A stretch of 64,000 nt of DNA from Octopus vulgaris (GCA_951406725.2 OX597824.1:34038001-34102000), one strand, 5' to 3'; counted from the first letter of the stretch, positions 1 to 12,012 are shown. The notes: generated by a model not told the origin, from the letters alone. Numbers and translations are program-made.

Positions 1-581
1 TTGTGAAGACCTGTTGAGGCAAGTGAAATCGAAATCAAATTCGATGACTGGCATCCGTGCTAGTGGAGCGCTAAGAGTACCATATGAGTGAGATCGTTGC
101 CAGTGCTACAAGCTGGCCTTCGTGCAAATGGTATGTAAAAATACACCATTTGAGTGTGATTGTTATCTGCGTCGCCCTACTGGCACTTGTGCTGGTGGCA
201 TGTGAAAAAACATTCGAGCGAGGTCACTGCCAGGGCCGCTGAATGGCTCCTGTGCAGGTGGCACATAAAAAGCACCATTTGAGCAGGGGTGTCTATGTGT
301 GTGTATAAATATAGATATATGTGTTTGGCACAATTCTTTCCAGGATCTTCAAGATGTATATAACTGCATACCTCTCCTGCCTGACTGGCCTTCATGCCAG
401 TGGCACGTAAAAGCACACACTATACTCTCGGAGTGGTTGGCGTTAGGAAGGGCATCCAGTTGTAGAAACTCTGCCAGATCAGATTGGAGTCTGGTGCAGC
501 TATCTGATTTGCCAGACTTTAGTCAAATCGTCCAACCCATGCTAGCATGGAAAGCAGACGTTAAACGATGATGATGATGAC
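1..581 (+). mobile_element. RTE-LINE 3' tail / RTE-related SINE ending in (GAT)n, interrupted by a CR1-type LINE scrap (~321-381, minus)
   Basis: Ends with GTCCAACCCATGCTAGCATGGAAAGCAGACGTTAAAC(GAT)n, which recurs through the window. A related sequence directly follows the RTE ORF end at ~30135. Confidence 0.7.
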
Positions 582-614
582 TCTATATATATATGTATAT
601 GTATCATATACATA

Positions 615-653
<39 letters not shown>

Positions 654-683
654 GCGAGAATGAAGCAACAAGAATGGATAGGT

Positions 684-774
684 TTTTAGTACAATCGTTT
701 CATACAAGGACAGGCTTTATTAAAAGTTGCAAAAATTACAGCATATAAACGTGTCCCGTACTCATCAGCTAAAA
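684..774 (-). ncRNA. Type I hammerhead ribozyme motif, mirror copy
   Basis: Reverse complement of 1363-1453 in the left palindrome arm. Confidence 0.85.
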
Positions 775-1362
775 TACATGTGAGTTCTCTAGACATCCTA
801 GTGGTTGAGGCTATACTCATGAAGTAATGTAGATAATTAAGTAACATAAACAGATATCAAAAGTTCATTAAAGTTCTTTAAAGATGATGTACAGTCTTAT
901 CACAGAATTTTAAAAAGTTTTAATAGCCTCACAGAGAAGGTGACCTAATCCATAGTGCACATATGAATTTCCAGAGATATGATGAGGGATTACATACTCA
1001 CAGAAGACAAATTTATCCATTGTTAATTACAACGAGGTGGGTTTCAATTCCTGCTTATTAGCATTACAGTAATGCTAATAAGCAGGAATTGAAACCCACC
1101 TCGTTGTAATTAACAATGGATAAATTTGTCTTCTGTGAGTATGTAATCCCTCATCATATCTCTGGAAATTCATATGTGCACTATGGATTAGGTCACCTTC
1201 TCTGTGAGGCTATTAAAACTTTTTTAAAATTCTGTGATAAGACTGTACATCATCTTTAAAGAACTTTAATGAACTTTTGATATCTGTTTATGTTACTTAA
1301 TTATCTACATTACTTCATGAGTATAGCCTCAACCACTAGGATGTCTAGAGAACTCACATGTA

Positions 1363-1453
1363 TTTTAGCTGATGAGTACGGGACACGTTTATATGCTGTA
1401 ATTTTTGCAACTTTTAATAAAGCCTGTCCTTGTATGAAACGATTGTACTAAAA
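1363..1453 (+). ncRNA. Type I hammerhead ribozyme motif (C3-G8 core)
   Basis: TTTTAG-CTGATGA-GTACGGGACA..39 nt..TGTCCTTGTAT-GAAAC-GATT-GTA-CTAAAA. Stem I 6 bp, stem II ~10 bp with one bulge, minimal stem III, GUA cleavage triplet. Confidence 0.85.
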
Positions 1454-1599
1454 ACCTATCCATTCTTGTTGCTTCATTCTCGCTTATAATCACCCCACAT
1501 TACTGTATTGTTAAATCAGTATAGTTTTTTTTGGTGCATCTAAGTTAGGTACCATATTCAAGTAAATTCATTTAAATTAACTTGAATCTTTATTGCTTT

Positions 1600-1635
<36 letters not shown>

Positions 1636-1704
1636 GTATTACATATATGTGTACGTATTATATGTATGTATATGTATTATATATGCATGATGATGATGAT
1701 ATCA

Positions 1705-1854
1705 TGGTTGTGTGGTAAGTAGCTTGCTTATCAACCACATGGTTCTGGGTTCAGTCCTACTGCATTGCACCTTGGGCAAGTGTTTTCTACTATAGCCTCG
1801 GGCCAACTAAAGCCTTGTGAGTGGATTTGGTAAACGGAAGAAGCCCATCGTATG

Positions 1855-1894
<40 letters not shown>

Positions 1895-2143
1895 CATACA
1901 GTGGGCTTCTTCCGTATACATATACATATATGTGTGTGTATGTTTGTGTGTCTATGTTTGTGACCCCATAATTGCTTGACAACCGATGCTGGTGTGTTAT
2001 GTCCCCCGTAACTTAGCAGTTTGGCAAAAGAGACCGATAGAATAAGTACTAGGCTTACAAAGAATAAGTCCTGGGGTCGATTTGCTCGACTAAAAGCGGT
2101 ATTCCATCATGGCCACTGTCAAATGACTGAAACAAGTAAAAGA
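1705..2143 (+). mobile_element. tRNA-derived SINE family A with internal TA/TG microsatellite
   Basis: Head with A-box-like GTGTGGTAAG and B-box-like GGTTCAGTCC; tail AATGACTGAAACAAGTAAAAGA. More than 12 related copies in the window. Confidence 0.8.
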
Positions 2144-2326
2144 GTATATATATATCTATGTGTGTGTATATATATATATGTATATGTATCATGTATATGT
2201 GTGGATATATATATATATATGTATCATATATATGTATATATATATATATATGTATCATATATATGTGTATATATGTATATATATATATATATATGTTGGT
2301 ATATAAATGTATATATATATATATAA

Positions 2327-2383
<57 letters not shown>

Positions 2384-2395
2384 TATATAGATATA

Positions 2396-2972
2396 TTGGG
2401 CCTCATGGAAGCATAGTGGCCGAGTTCCTTTCAAGTGTTGGGCCCCATGGACGCATAGACTAAGACTTTTGGCATCGTGACGTTCTTGAGAAGAAGATCC
2501 ATCAAGCCGAGCAAAATGGCAGTCATGGCAGATAGTGGTGTCATGAAAATGACACCCATGCTGGTTGTTTAGTGTTAGAAAGGGCATCCAGCCTTAGAAA
2601 ATCAATGCGAAATCAGACTGGAGCCTGGCGCAGCCTGCCAGTCCAGTCTAACCATTTAACCTATGCCAGCATGGACAACAGATGTTAAATGATGATGTTG
2701 ATATATCATCATCATCATCATCATCATTTAGCGTCCGTTTTCCATGCTAGCATGGGTTGGACGGTTCAACTGGGGTCTGTGAAGCTGGAAGGCTTCGTCA
2801 GGCCCAGTCAGATCTGGCATGTTTCTACGGCTGGATGCCCTTCCTAACGCCAACCACTCCGTGAGTGTAGTGGGTGTTTTTTACGTGCCACCTGCACAGG
2901 TGCCAGACAGAGCTGGCAAACGGCCACGAACAGATGGTGCTTTTACGGGGCCAGGCGATGCTGGCAATGGAC
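2396..2972. mobile_element. Two RTE-tail SINE copies, tail-to-tail
   Basis: A + copy ends in GATGATG at ~2700; a minus copy starts with (CAT)n at ~2706. Confidence 0.7.
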
Positions 2973-3016
2973 ATATATGGATGAGGACATGCGTATGGAT
3001 TAGAACATTCAGATGA

Positions 3017-3018
3017 TA

Positions 3019-3053
<35 letters not shown>

Positions 3054-3554
3054 ATATATGTATGTATGTATGTATATATGTATGTATGTATATATGTATA
3101 TATATATGTATATATATATATATGTATATATATATGTATGTATGTATATATGTATATATATATGTATGTATATATGTATATATATATATATGTATATATG
3201 TATATATATATATATGTATGTATGTATATATTTATATATATATATATATGTATGTATGTATATATGTATATATATATGTATGTATGTATATATGTATATA
3301 TATATGTATGTATGTATATATGTATATATATATGTATGTATGTATATATGTATATATATATGTATGTATGTATATATGTATATATATATGTATGTATGTA
3401 TATATGTATATATATATGTATGTATGTATATATGTATATATATATATATGTATGTATATATGTATATATATATATATGTATATATGTATATATACATATA
3501 TATATATGTATGTATATATGTATATATACATATATATATATGTATGTATATATG

Positions 3555-3588
<34 letters not shown>

Positions 3589-3850
3589 TATATATATGTA
3601 TGTATATATGTATATATATATATGTATGTATATATGTATATATATATATATGTATGTATATATGTATATATATATATATGTATATATGTATATATATATA
3701 TGTATGTATATATGTATATATATATATGTATGTATATATGTATATATATATATATGTGTATATATGTATATATATATATATATGTATGTATATATGTATA
3801 TATATATATATGTATGTATATATGTATATATATATATATGTATGTATATA

Positions 3851-3883
<33 letters not shown>

Positions 3884-3906
3884 ATATATATATATATATG
3901 TATGTA

Positions 3907-3957
<51 letters not shown>

Positions 3958-3961
3958 ATAT
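3017..3961. repeat. ~0.95-kb compound (TG)n/(TATG)n/(TA)n microsatellite
   Basis: Directly visible; source of the spurious YI-rich ORFs in all frames. Confidence 0.97.
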
Positions 3962-4268
3962 GGATGTGGACATGTGTATGAATTAGAACATTCAGAACCA
4001 GAGATGACAAAACCATGATGGTCCTCTGGAGGACATTCGTCCTCAACCATCTGGATTACAACTCACAACCATGGTCACCCACCAGTGTGAAATTAACAGT
4101 GGACCTTGAAGCAATCCAGAGAAGATTCACAAAGAAGATCGTCTCTTTGCAACTGCTCACCTACTGGGAAAGGTTGAAACAGCTAAGACTCTACTCCCAG
4201 AAGAGAAGGCAGGAGAGGTATGCAGTAATATACATCTGGAAGATCCTGGAAGGAATTGTGCCAAACAC
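3962..4268 (+). pseudogene. CR1-group LINE ORF2 C-terminal fragment
   Basis: [19 protein letters not shown]...LEAIQRRFTK...YWERLKQLRLYS..RRQERYAVIYIWKI, homologous to the C-terminus of the 18074-19573 ORF. Confidence 0.85.
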
Positions 4269-4320
4269 ATATATGTATATTTATACACACATATAGACAC
4301 CCCCACATATATATTTTTTA

Positions 4321-4927
4321 ACATGTTTCCTTAGTGTGATTTTAAACATTGAAACTTGTGCTTATAAACGTTTTATGAAACCAAACTCAGGGGTGACATA
4401 TATTAATATATCCTACTATCATCCACCAATGGCACTTAGGAACTTTGTTTAGGGTATCAGCTGAAAAATATCTAGCCTGTGTTAAAATAAAGAGATCCTG
4501 TATTGCAATTAGGCCCTTGAAATGAGCAGGTTTAAGAATAAGATTAGTATCATACTCAAACCTAGCTCCATGAAGAGAAAAGTTTTGTGGTTCACATCCC
4601 CTTTTCCCTGGATATTGAATTTGTGCGGTAAGATTTTCTCTAGTTTAGTGGCTAAACACCTCCCCAAATGCATAGGTTCAGAAAAATATTTAATAGACAT
4701 AGCTTCAGTGTTTCTTTTAGCTGTGCACCTAATATAAGCAAACTCTTAGAAGGTAGGCCCATACCTGAGACAGAGACAGGATGTTTGTGCAGAGGCAACA
4801 CTCCATATTTACTTAATGGCCAATGAAACACAGACAGTATTGTATATGAGGTGGAGGTGATATCAAAAGATCCAAATGAGCAGTTAGATCTACAGAAATA
4901 TGTGGGCATGACAGAAGGTTCATTCAT
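4321..4927 (+). pseudogene. Decayed Penelope-like element ORF: RT C-terminus, Cys linker, GIY-YIG endonuclease start
   Basis: Manual translation across frameshifts: FLSVILNIETCAYKRFMKPNSGVTYINISYYHPP / KRKVLWFTSPF..GKIFSSLVAKHLPK / KIFNRHSFSVSFSCAPN..CLCRGNTPYLLNGQ*NTDSIVYEVEV..KYVGMTEGSF. Resembles PLE motifs (KPN..YIN..HPP, WFNPP, KIFNR..YSC.PN, VY..YIG.TE). Confidence 0.8.
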
Positions 4928-5077
4928 GCTTTATTGACAATTCTCTGTCAACAAATCACTCTGGACTCATCACCTTCAAAGGGAAGTTTTTGTTCAGTCT
5001 AGCATGTAAAAAATGAATTGGCCCATATATATGTATGTGTGGACACATATATTATTTATACACACACATCTCTCTCC

Positions 5078-5440
5078 CAATTGCTTCCCAACCACATTGT
5101 TCTGGGTTCAATCCCACTGTACAATACCTTGGGTAAGTGTCTTCTATTATAGCCTCAGGCCAACCAAAACTTTGTGAGTGGATTTGGTAGACAGAAACTG
5201 AAAGAAGCCTATCGTGTGTGTGTGTGTGAACATGTGTGTATCTTTGTGTCAGTGTTTGTTCTCCCATCACCACTTGACATCCAGTGTTGGTGTGTTTATA
5301 TCCCTGTAACTTAGCAATTTGGTAAAAGAGACCAATAGAATAAGTACTAGTCTTACAAAATAAAGTCTGGGGTCAATTTGTCAACTAAGACTCTTCAGTG
5401 TGGTGCTCCAGCATGGACACAGTCAACGAATAAAAGGATA
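5078..5440 (+). mobile_element. SINE family A copy
   Basis: Similar to 1705-2143. Confidence 0.75.
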
Positions 5441-5472
5441 TATATATAAAAGAATAAATGAATACACACACA

Positions 5473-5684
5473 TGAGGGGTTGTTAGAAAGTTCTTGGCTT
5501 TAAGGGTATAGCAAAGATCCTTGTTGGAGGCCCAACCTTCCAAGTTCTTTTACAGGGTTAAGAAAAACTGAAGGACCACTGCAATAAGTGTGTAAATCTG
5601 GGAGGGGAATATATTGAATAAAATCATAACTAATCCTCCTGTATTTTCTTTTACCCAAAGTTAGGTTCTTTAGAACAACCCTCA
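5473..5684. mobile_element. Small mariner-type MITE
   Basis: Imperfect TIRs TGAGGGGTTGTTAGAAAGTTCTTGGCTTT / AAAGTTAGGTTCTTTAGAACAACCCTCA. Confidence 0.5.
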
Positions 5685-6229
5685 AATATATAAAGTAACT
5701 AAATGATACAGTACAGCAGCTTGAATTTCATTGGTCCACTTTGATTGAAAACTAGAACTTGTTCACCCCTACCAATCATCAGGCTGGCTTGTGAAATGGT
5801 GGTGGAGTGGAGGCGAGGGTGCGTGTAATTGACAAATCTTTCTGTACTTGTGAAAATCTTGCCTGAAAATTGAAATCGAAGGGAGGTAACATGTTTAGAC
5901 ATAGGTTGTGCCCCTTGAACTACTAATAATCAGAAGTTTTTTATAGGATAGGATTTTAAAATGCTTATGAAGTTTCATATTGGAAGTGTGCCCGCAAATT
6001 GGGTGATGGTGTATGTTCTTATGAGCAAACTAAAAAGGAATATGAGTTGAAGGTTAGCTTATTGGGATGTTGATACTTTTATAATAGTCATCATGTTGCT
6101 TGTGGCATACGTTTTAAATGCTTGGATAGCTGGAAGTAGGTGGTGTTTGTGCCAAGCAAGATCTATGTGATTTTGTGAGCTAATTTAGCATTCGTTGAAT
6201 CTTTCATTTAAATAAAAACAATCTATCCA

Positions 6230-6585
6230 CATACATACACTTAGTGAACTCATTCTTGTATTTTGTAGCATGTCAGAACTCTTTCATTTAAGTAGGATAT
6301 ATATTCTTTCCACTAGGCAAAAATCGTATTTTCTCAAAACTTTTATGTCTATCTTCTCTTGGCCACATGCTGTTTATAGTCAGTATTTAGATCATTCATT
6401 TTCCGGGTGTGATTAGCTAATACTGTTGTGGTCTTTTTGTTTGTTTGAATGATGACTGATGGTTGTAAAACTTGGTTTTAATGTCACCTCACACATGCCT
6501 GTATAACTTTTCTCACCCATCATTTAGTTCAATGTGATTGCAGCAAATTCAGTTTTGTACATTATCGAATTTACTTTGCATGAAT
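6230..6585 (-). pseudogene. Second decayed Penelope-like GIY-YIG endonuclease domain
   Basis: Minus translation with frameshifts: SCKVNSIMYKTE..EKSYTGMCE / TKFYNHQSSFK / TTVLANHTRKMNDLNTDY / KYDFCLVERIYILL. Resembles the PLE endonuclease (IVY..YIG, R.YNH..SF, T.LS.HIW.L, C.LCL.EK..I). Confidence 0.7.
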
Positions 6586-6984
6586 GTTAAGATCAATGTA
6601 GAAAAAAAAGTTCCTGCCCTTATAGATAAATATTTCTATTAGAGTCATAGCTACAGAAAAATCATTTGTAGTCTTTCTGTGGAGATAAGCTACAGCTGTA
6701 GTCACCACTTGGTACCAATTATCTTAACAAACCCACAGAATTTCCAAATCCAGAAATCCAGAAACTTATCTGAGATATTGGCAAATGTAAATAAGTTGTG
6801 TATGATGGGGATGAACATGTATGAGTATACCCTTTCAACTTCTTTGTATTTTTATATTCATGGGAATAAGGCAACAATTGTTTGCTCTCACTAAACAGGT
6901 CTTTCTTGGTACTATTTCTTCTCTTTACTAAATATTTATGTAGATAATTTTTGATTGTTACTGCAGTTGGATTTATCTACAATT

Positions 6985-7830
6985 CAAGATGTCTGGAAAG
7001 AAGCCATCAAATGAAACTGGAGACAGTTGAGGGAAAAGAAACCATAAAGGGATACACTGGATACTAAAAAAGCTTGAAAGCTTGATGTGGAAGAATAAAA
7101 TCAGCTACCCTGCCAAAAGATTAAAGCTTCTAGTATCTGCAGTGGAAACAGGATATGACAACAGAGAGAAAATTAAGTTCTTAAGAAGCTACTCATTTAA
7201 CTGCTCAAACCTTATTTTTCATGTAATCTGATGTGATGCTTAAAATGGCACAGCCCTTCAATGTATAGATTAAGGATCAAAATTGACATAATGTGCTGAT
7301 GAGCATAATAGAAATTCAAAGAAAAGCAAGAGCCAAATTTTATATAACGATTTGCAGAAAAAGGAAGGTGAAACTAATGAAAATCTCTTTTTGCTTGTGA
7401 AGACTGATTTGAAATGTTTAAGAAGCACTTCAATTTATACAACAATAAAATCAAAGGAGCTGTCAATGCTGCCATAGAAGCTGCAACTAATTATCCGGAA
7501 CAGCTGAAGAAAATGATTTCTGAAGAGCAAGTATACAATGTTGATGAAACTGTACTTTTCTGGAAACACATCCCTGCTAGAACTTATACCTTGAGAAGAA
7601 AACTCAATACCAGGATTTAAAACTTCCCAAAATCATCTTCTAGGAGGAAATACCACCAGTGACATGAAATTAAAGTGGCTTTCAAGGGTTACATGAAGTT
7701 TAATCTATCTGATTTAGCATTCAAATAAAAAGACATGGATGGCAGAGCTTTTTTGAAGAGTGATTTACAAACACTTTTTGTCTTGTATTTGGGATTACAT
7801 GGAGGCAGAAATCCATCAAGTAAATTGCTT
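6985..7830 (+). pseudogene. Tigger/pogo-family transposase relic
   Basis: FKKHFNLYNNKIKG..EAATNYPEQLKKMISEEQVYNVDETVLFWKHIPARTY, a pogo DET-LFW motif. Boundaries approximate. Confidence 0.8.
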
Positions 7831-8131
7831 CTGTCATTCAAATGGTACAGCTTTTCTCACATATTTTGTCAAAAATTTTGCCTGAAAATTTGTTGAGGGT
7901 ACAGTAATATCTGTGGAATACTCAGCCACATACTCATTAATTCAGGAAGATCATTCAGTTGATTGAACAACTGGGTCCTCAATGTGGAATGACAGAGACT
8001 ACCACTCTGTGTGTGTGTGTGTGCATATTATCAGTCAGCTGTCCATAAACCAGAAGAAACCTCACTCAGTATAAAAAATAGAACAGGTATAATAGAATAA
8101 GTGGAGCAAGAGCACACACGAAAACAGAAAG

Positions 8132-8176
8132 TGTTGCTGAAGAGGTCACGGAGGTGTGACGAAAGATTTCCGGACA
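8132..8176 (+). ncRNA. Minimal type I hammerhead motif
   Basis: TGTTG-CTGAAGA-G-GTCAC-GGAGGT-GTGAC-GAAA-GATT-TC-CGGACA. Intact core, perfect stem II, imperfect stem I. Confidence 0.7.
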
Positions 8177-8699
8177 ATGAACATGAGTTAGAATAAGAAC
8201 AGTATTAAATGAGTGAAGAACGAATATCTAGTGCATATTTTTATTTGGCAAAAGACAAAAAAGAATGACCATCCTGAAATACAACAATAGTTATATTTTT
8301 ATACATCATCTAACACTATATTACTGATTATGAAATATTACTGTTAGTTTCATGCTGACTATTGCACTTAGGTAATGTTGGCAGTTCCTTAGACATACTT
8401 ACTAGTAGCCCATAGCTCTCTTTTGGTTGAGGTATATATAGATTCTGTGTGGCTTAGTGTTGGCAAAAAGAAATGAAAAAGAATGTGAAGAAATTAAAAC
8501 ATTTTTCTGGGAGGAAAGGAGTTATTTTTCATGGATTAGTATTAGCCATGTTGAAGTAGATAGTGTGTGTATGTGTTTGTGTGTGTGTGTGTGTGTGTGA
8601 TACTCTGGTCCAAAACTGGACAGAATCATATCACCAAAATGAACTTCCCCTCATGAGGGCAGCATCTGAAAATTTTGCTTTCAGAGTTAAAGAAAGCAC

Positions 8700-9528
8700 C
8701 CAGGACTGTTGCCATAGTAACGAAGCTAAAGCATAGTGTGAAGCTGGTTGGCACAGATTGATCTCAAACAATGCTGTGCATGCACACTAAGTTTTCACAT
8801 CCTAGCTCACTTCTGCTGTTTACAGCAGTGCTTTGAAGGAAGGTGTGTAGTGTGTGTTATCGTCGCATTGACCATGACAGAAAAAGTGATTATGACGATA
8901 CCTGCTCAGAGGCCTATGCAAAGTTGCAGAAAGTGTATGGAGAGGAGTGTACAAGTGGTTCAGACGTTTCCAAGATGCCCCCCAAAATGTCAATATTGAC
9001 AAGCGTTCTGGGAGACCCACAATCAGCAGAACTAAGAAAAACATCACAGATGTGTGTGCAGGGTGAGGGGAAATCAGAGTTATCAGAGGATGTGCCGATT
9101 AGTTATATAGTTCAGTTCAGTCCATTATCACTGAAGATTTGGGTATGAGATGCATATCTGCCAAAACTGCTTTCAGCTGACCAAACAGACACTCAGGTTT
9201 CAGTTGCACAAGATCTTGATTGCGTCGAGAATGATGAAAACATTTTGAAAACTTTGCATAGGCCTCTGAGTAGATATCACGAAGCTTTCGGCAAAATTTG
9301 ATGCAGATTCTCTGCTCAACTTTCTCTATCATTGTCAATGTGATGATCACACACTACACACCTTCCTTCCAAGTACTGCTGTAAACAGCGGGAGTAAGCG
9401 AGAATGTTAAAACTTAGTGTACATGCATAATAGAGTTCAAGGTCAATCTGTGCCAAGCAGCTTCACTCTCCATGCTTTAACTTTGTTACTATAGCAACAG
9501 TCCAGATACTTATTGATCAGACCATGTA
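8700..9528. mobile_element. Mariner-derived element made of two convergent 5' halves
   Basis: ~8703-8890 is an imperfect inverse of ~9318-9503. The minus ORF has EKVEQRICIKFC (mariner N-terminus) and the right end reads TA|CATGGTCTGATCAATAAGTATC on the minus strand. Confidence 0.75.
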
Positions 9529-10158
9529 TGCCCTCTTTGCCCTGCTCACTATATCACTGCTTTCCCCCACCACATTTTTATACCCAGGATTTTGTAAGTC
9601 ACAGCAATCCCCACTCCCTACTTGCACCTTCATAGCAATACGTGACCATATATATCATGACCTCTGTACTTCTCTCTTCCTTACTCTATCATCACATCTA
9701 TGCTCCGATCCTTGTTACTTGTGAGTATACCCTGCCACTTCACCATTTCTCTCCTGCTCTCTCTTGCACTTTTGCTGTTTCCCACTCTCTCTCTCTTTCC
9801 CTTGCTCTTCCCTCTGGCTGGGTAGCCATGTATCTCCTCTACAGCAGCACACCTGTTTCTGTTGTATTTCTTGATCTCTCTCTCTCTCTTTCTCTCCCCT
9901 TCTCTTGCTTTTCATTCTGACTAGGTAACCAAGAATCTTTTTTACATCAGCACACCTGTTTCTGTCCGCTGGTACCTCTCTTTCCTCCTCTATCTTCTTC
10001 TCTCTCTCTCTTTCTCTCCCTCTCTTTGTCTCCTCTATCTCTCCCCTCTCTGTCTGTCTATCTGTCTCTGTCTGCCTGTCTGTCTCTCTCTCTCTCACAA
10101 TCGCACTGGGTAACCATGTACCTTCTCTATAGCAAGTTACCTGTTTCTGCCACTCTAT

Positions 10159-10483
10159 TATATTAACATGGAATAAAATACAATATGTATAAGAAGTGCC
10201 TACACATGTTTCAATCCGGTCACTATGTAAACAGTGCTTCGGAATATTTAAACCATGTTAATAGTTTTAGATGTAAAAATTAACAACAAATATGTAAAAT
10301 ATGTAAAAGCATTAGCTTTTTGAATAAGATAGCCCTGAAGATATCTGTACACTTGATGTTATTTTTTACATCTAAAACTATTAACATGGCACAAATATTC
10401 TGAAGCATTATTTACATAGAGACCAGATAGAAACATGTGTAGGCACTTCTTATACATATTGTATTTTATTTCACGTTAATATA
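10159..10483. repeat. Diverged inverted repeat (arms ~10159-10289 / 10353-10483) of a hammerhead-bearing element
   Basis: For example AATAAAATACAATATGTATAAGAAGTGCCTACACATGTTTC versus GAAACATGTGTAGGCACTTCTTATACATATTGTATTTTATT. Confidence 0.9.
10332..10444 (+). ncRNA. Type I hammerhead motif with long loop II
   Basis: GCC-CTGAAGA-TATCTG..76 nt..CAGATA-GAAAC-ATGT-GTA-GGC. Confidence 0.75.
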
Positions 10484-10780
10484 TCTTTATTTACATTTTA
10501 TTTGTATTAAACTATTTGCTATGTTCATATTGTGATACTAATAAAATAAGTATCCGCAATATTTTTTCTCCTTTTTCTTATAGTAATAATTGTATATTAG
10601 ACTGTTTATTCCTATATATTGAGAAAATTCTCCCAATATATCATTGATAACACCAGTTGATCTCTGGATTTTATAATCCCTAAAAAGGACACTATATCCT
10701 CAACTGACTATGTTGATTCGCTAGCCTCTGCACGCATATTTTTTTTCTCTCCTTCTTTCTGTGTTTTTTTTCTCTGTGTA

Positions 10781-10818
10781 TCTTTCTGTTGAAGAGCGTA
10801 GGCTCGAAACGTTAAAGA
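10781..10818 (+). ncRNA. Atypical minimal hammerhead-like motif (A6 replaced by U)
   Basis: TCTTT-CTGTTGA-A-GAGC-GTAG-GCTC-GAAAC-GT-T-AAAGA, in an element ending at (TA)n at ~10950. Confidence 0.55.
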
Positions 10819-10945
10819 CTTGTTTTATTTATATTTCCTGAGCGCCATACTAATACAATTGTTTGTTTGTATTCCACCTGCCTTTGTCTTTTGTTTATTT
10901 CCGTAAACCTGCCTTCGTCTTTTGTCTATTTTCATAAAGCTTCCC

Positions 10946-11025
<80 letters not shown>

Positions 11026-12012
11026 TGTATATATATGTATATACATATACATATGATGTTTTTGCAGCTTTAATAATAATAAAGCATATTACTCTACCTC
11101 CAGTATTCGAGTACTATTTTTCCCACCTTGTTTCACATTTATTTGCTCACTTTGGTATATATATTTATATATGTGTGTGTGTGTGTGTGTGTGTATACAC
11201 ACACATATATACACATATATATGTGGATACATACATAGACATATGTGTTCATAACTATGTATGTGTGTGTTTGTGTGCATGCATATCTGTGTATCTGTAT
11301 GTAATCTATATGTATGTATAGGTGTTAACTTAATATAAAAATGAATGTAAAATATTGTGATTTAACACGGTCTTTTTTTACAAAATCAGTTTTTTAAATG
11401 TATTTCTCCTAAATTAAATACTTAAAAAACATGTTAATATAGTATACTTTATAACCCACACTGGCCATATATATGTATATACCCCCATCCCTTATTCCTT
11501 TTTATCTTCATAGTTCTTTTCCCTGATCCCCCTCACAATATCTTGACCACCATCTACCACTCCTTTTTTCATTTTGTCTTCCTTTTTCTTTCTTCCTTCA
11601 TTTCTTTCCTCCCCTATTCCTTTTGACCAATACCTTTCTCCTCCTTCTAACATGCATACCTATTCTCTTCTCTCTATCTACTTACCCCTACCAGTACATT
11701 CTCAAAATTTCATTCACACCTGAATACCCTTTTGAATGAACAGCACATGGAATTTATTTCTCCACTCTATTCATTTGTAATATCAAAATATGAACTGCTA
11801 TTGGAATTTACATACCATTGTCAGGAAACATTTCTACTCATTCTACACAGCAATTCCTTGGATAATGGAACTGCAAATGTAATATCTTACATATATTTTA
11901 ATTTTTACTTTTATTCTCTTATTTGTCTTTATATTTCCTATATCCATCCTTTTCCAAAATAACACCCTATATTGAACTCTACTATTTCCATCTATTTAAA
12001 ACTCTCATATAA

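Larger units (their letters stand above)
654..1603. mobile_element. Palindromic Penelope-like pLTR / retrozyme-like element flanked by (TA)n
   Basis: 654-1067 is the reverse complement of 1069-1483, with a 1-nt centre at 1068 and one homopolymer indel. The + arm continues to ~1603. (TA)n lies on both sides and each arm has a hammerhead motif. Confidence 0.8.

Noticed and set aside
1705-1770. tRNA genes at SINE heads
   Set aside because: Only A/B-box-like motifs are present with no cloverleaf, and each continues into a SINE body.
5880-5940. Minus-strand CTGATTA..TAAACATGT downstream of the PLE endonuclease relic
   Set aside because: Two core positions are mutated and there is no stem I. The position is suggestive but the fold cannot be supported.
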